From: Raillietiella orientalis
Lineage: Eukaryota
DNA: 64,000 nt
Direction of reading: 5' to 3'
NCBI GenBank assembly: GCA_036172245.1
Contig: JAYWIR010000015.1
Coordinates: 2,914,001-2,978,000, forward strand
Shown piece by piece: positions 60,500 to 64,000 of the stretch. Each line of letters starts with the position of its first letter. Positions within the stretch are counted from its first letter, which is position 1. Under the pieces are notes generated by a model. That model did not search any database. It saw nothing but the letters and a program-made list of their open reading frames with translations, and was not told where the DNA came from. Position numbers and translations under genes: made by a program.

Positions 60500-63100
60500 G
60501 TTGACATTAAGATCCCTCCTCTTAGAGAACCAGAACGTTCTTGAGAGTCCTGGAAAGCGAATTTTCTCTGGAGAAGAAACTCAGGTACAAGTTCAAGGAT
60601 CGGAAGATTGGAAAGAGGAAGGACGCATATTATTTCCTGACAAGCACTTAATCTTCCGGATCGACAACTCAGAGGAAAAATGTGAGAGTAGAGCGAAGAG
60701 TAGAAATAAGGAGTCTTCTTTTACGACTCCGACGAAGAATGAAACGAATAGACTATTTGCTGTTGCGTTTTCTGACCAGCGTTAAGCCTTCGCAGAAGAG
60801 AACGAGCCGATCATTTGGGCCAGTGGATTTCATTTCGTGCCAGCTCCTTTGAGTTGTCCGCTACAACAGCCCTCAAGATCCGAATGCGCCATGAAACTGA
60901 GCAAATTTGAGCCATTCCATGATGAGCTGTGAAATGAGCGAGGCTTTGCATCGCATACTTCAAGGAAGAAAATATGGCCTCTCGGTAGTCTTCAGGGACT
61001 TTTGCTTTCAAACGATAGGGGGTCTCTCTTCCGAGTGTCCGATGTGGACTTCCTTATGCTCCTCATGCTTGCTCAGTTTTCTCCCCAAGAAGCTGCGCCC
61101 ACTGGAAATGGGGAGAAAATGCTTGCACTTTTTCCACGGAACTCGATAAAATTAATCTTCTTCCCAGGGGTATATAGGATCAGACACGCATGCTACAACC
61201 AGAAAAAAGAGGAACTCATGGCAAGTCAGAGGATCTTAACCCGTCTTGCTCTTTGACCACAGCCAACCATAGGAGAGGCAGCTTACCAGTGCCATGGTAT
61301 TCTCTGAGCCAACTGGGAGAGACGAGGCTGCCAACGCACCAAGAAAAAAATGGGAATCCCTAGAACATACGAAACGAAGGAAGCCGACAGAAGACCCACT
61401 TGGCACCGGAGCTGCGTCAGACGAACAAGACACCTGTGCAAGAAGTCCTTCCGCGGAGGATCCTCCCGTCCTTTCTTCTGACTCCTGAGCCCTAAAGAGA
61501 GGGACCTCAGGAGAGCTTATGCAATACCTAACGCAAGGGGGAGGACACGACGATGGCGCGCGGGGGGGAGGGAAGGGGGAAGAGGAAGAAAACAAAGGAA
61601 GGGGAAATAAGAGGAAGGAAGATAGAGTCCAGAGTGGCTCTACAGCAGGAGCATCTACTCTCCAGCGGATGGCTGAAGTTTTGAGACTCCATGAACAATG
61701 GAACTCCTCTTAGAACTTCCCGAAGGAGGAAGGTTGGGGTTGGAAACGAGACCAACCTGAGGCTCCAAGTCTGTTCTGAAAGCAGACGAGGAAGCTCAGA
61801 ATCGTCACGGCATCTGCAGCATGGTTTGGACGCTACAGGGGTGAGAGTCTACTGAACGCAGGGAAGAAAAAAGGAGGGAGAGGTCATGTAGTGATCACGT
61901 CTCCAGGAGACTGATTGCTAAATCACGGAAGATCGAGGCGTTGGAACAGAGGCGAGGGCATCCTTGGGGGGAGGCTCTGGGGAGTACCCCCCACAAGGAT
62001 GTTCTGGGAGTTGGCAGAAAACGTTCGCTGACCAGGAATGGGGGAAATCTTTCCGAGAGTTTCCGGGGCGTACCTGCTAGTGCGAGAAAGAAGCTGAAAA
62101 AGATCACCTCTTCTTCCCATTGAGAGCGCTCGTCCATACGGATTCTGGGGGTCTCCGGTAGCAAGGAAAGGGAGGAGAACTTCGGCGGGAAGTCGCGTCC
62201 GGAGAGAGTTGTGAGAATCCCGAGGCGAGGAGCTGGAAGCAAGAAGCATGCTGTGACCTCTTCCTTTAGGCTCCCTTCTAAAGGAAATCTGAGATGCTCG
62301 GGATCGGCCGCACCTCCGGCATTTTCCTCCTCCCTCCGTTTCCCCATCTTTCATCTTAAGGGAGCGTCAGATCCTGGATTGTCTGTCCGCACCGGACCCA
62401 CCAGGAAACCGGTTTTCATAAAATCGGAAATCCGGTGCTTTGGAGATTTCCCCAGGGACCACAACAGAAATTTCGCAGATTCCTCAAAGTCTCGAAGATC
62501 AGGAAGGAGCAAAAAGAAGCAGTTCCTGTCCACCTACAGAAGATGGGAACGCGAGGGGGGGATGGACTGGAAAGTCGCCCTAGACTGGATGGGGAAGAAT
62601 TGGTGACGTACCCAAAGAGCACAAAGTTCATATCTTAAGGAAAACAGGGGGCAAAGAATCCCAGCAGAGGGCTTTCAGGCGTAGCGGAGGGAAGACTTCG
62701 GGAAACGCAGCGCAGCGAGGGAGGGACGAAGGCAAAGGAGCTTTCGTTTCGGCATGACTCCGTGGGCCAGAATCCATCTTCATCTAGCAGGGAGAAGAGA
62801 AGGATCGGGATGCTGAGAGATCTTTCTTGATGTCCTCGGAATCCTCCTCTGAGCCGCCAGCATCCACAACAGCGTCCGGTCACGTGGTAAACTTGGGATT
62901 CGGTGTGAGATCACCATCTGCTGTCCACCCTCCTCCTATAGCGCCCTCTTCCCGTTGAGCGCAAAGAACGCACAGAGGCGTTCTCTGCCCCATCCGGGGC
63001 GCTCTCCAGCAGACACGTGTACGACCGCAGGATCATGAGCGATACCCTTGAGTCTTCCTACAATGGAAGGCTTTCTTTACGGGAACAGAAACGGAGGGAA
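60500..63100 (+). mobile_element. Decayed non-LTR retrotransposon (endonuclease plus RT relic)
   Basis: In order: SVVFRDFC (GDFN-like), ELDKI, LFDHSQP (SDH-like), HQETGFHK (Q.GFR-like), EAVPVHLQKMG (FIDL.KAFD-like). All are degenerate. Confidence 0.4.
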
Positions 63101-64000
63101 GATAGGTGGTGATCCCGGAATAACCGGTACTCAAGGCTCAAGGCGAAGCGCCTCTACTCCTGTCTTCCTAAAGAAGATAGGGGTACAGGAGATGCCTGTC
63201 CCGTGACTATTTCCGCGAGCTTTGTTAAGAGAGCGCCACGCGCCTTGCGCCACCTGCAAGTGGAGGTTATCAGTTTTGTCATGTGGGAGGTGAAAGAAAG
63301 TTGGAGGACTTTGTGTCCAGGAGGACCTCATGGAAAAGAAGGAGGCAGTGAAGGCTCGCTTGATGTTCCCATTGCACAGCGGTGGCACCCTCGTCTTAGA
63401 ATCCTTGCAGGCAACCCTCTTCTCTCCTTTCTCACCTTGCCATCCACGGGAAAAACGCCTCCCGGCTCTCGGGACCTCTCGAGGGAGGCGAGGGAAGCTG
63501 TAGAAGCGATGCTGCTTCAGCTTCCACTAGTCACCCCTTTCTCTTTCTCTCTCTCCGTCTATATCCCTTGAAACATACTCTCTGCATTTCCTTGCACACT
63601 CTCGCGCATCTTCCAGAGCCTCAGGAGAGGTTTTTTCCCTGCTATCCTGCTCTCCTTTCTTTTCCGCACTCCTTCCGAAACCGGTTAGTCGCGTCGTTAA
63701 GGAAATGCGGACCGATCGCCTCCCTCAGAAGCAGCGGCGCGTCCCAACTGGGTGTCCCATGTCCCGTTACCTCCTCGTCCTCCAGATGGAGAGAATTTTG
63801 CCACCAAGGACACTCCTCGTGCTGCGTCCGACCCGGAGCGCCCGCGCACTGTCACTCGTCGACGGCGTCTAACGGGAGGGTCGGCGGGTGCGGCGCGCTC
63901 TAGACGACCGTCGGGATGGGAGATCAAGGACACCCACGGGAGCGCTCAGGGCGGAAGGGCGAACAATGCGGTCCGGAACAGCCTCCGGAAACGGGAGAGC

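Overview
Eukaryotic (animal, most likely arthropod) genomic DNA with spliceosomal introns; no rRNA, full tRNA or CRISPR array was found. An AT-rich, visibly CpG-poor block (~7.8-33 kb) holds four housekeeping genes that I reconstructed exon by exon: a USP37-like deubiquitinase (-), VPS26 (+), ANAPC2/APC2 (-, with a decayed piggyBac in its probable first intron) and an OCIA-domain gene (-). Twenty of their introns are only 35-55 nt long. GC/CpG-rich flanks (~0.4-7 kb and ~33-64 kb) hold a bestrophin gene (-), a CBM14 chitin-binding gene (-), an orphan exon, several heavily decayed non-LTR retrotransposons and a MULE-like MITE. Most ORF-track calls in the GC-rich flanks look spurious. The best leads are the ultra-short introns, a two-copy exon-like plus hairpin-array repeat (~1.1-1.4 kb and ~31.6-31.95 kb), candidate UGA-C readthrough, APC/C degrons in the USP37-like protein near APC2, and piggyBac-like micro inverted repeats. 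I cannot establish a new biological system from sequence alone. Family names come from motif recognition by eye, not database searches.
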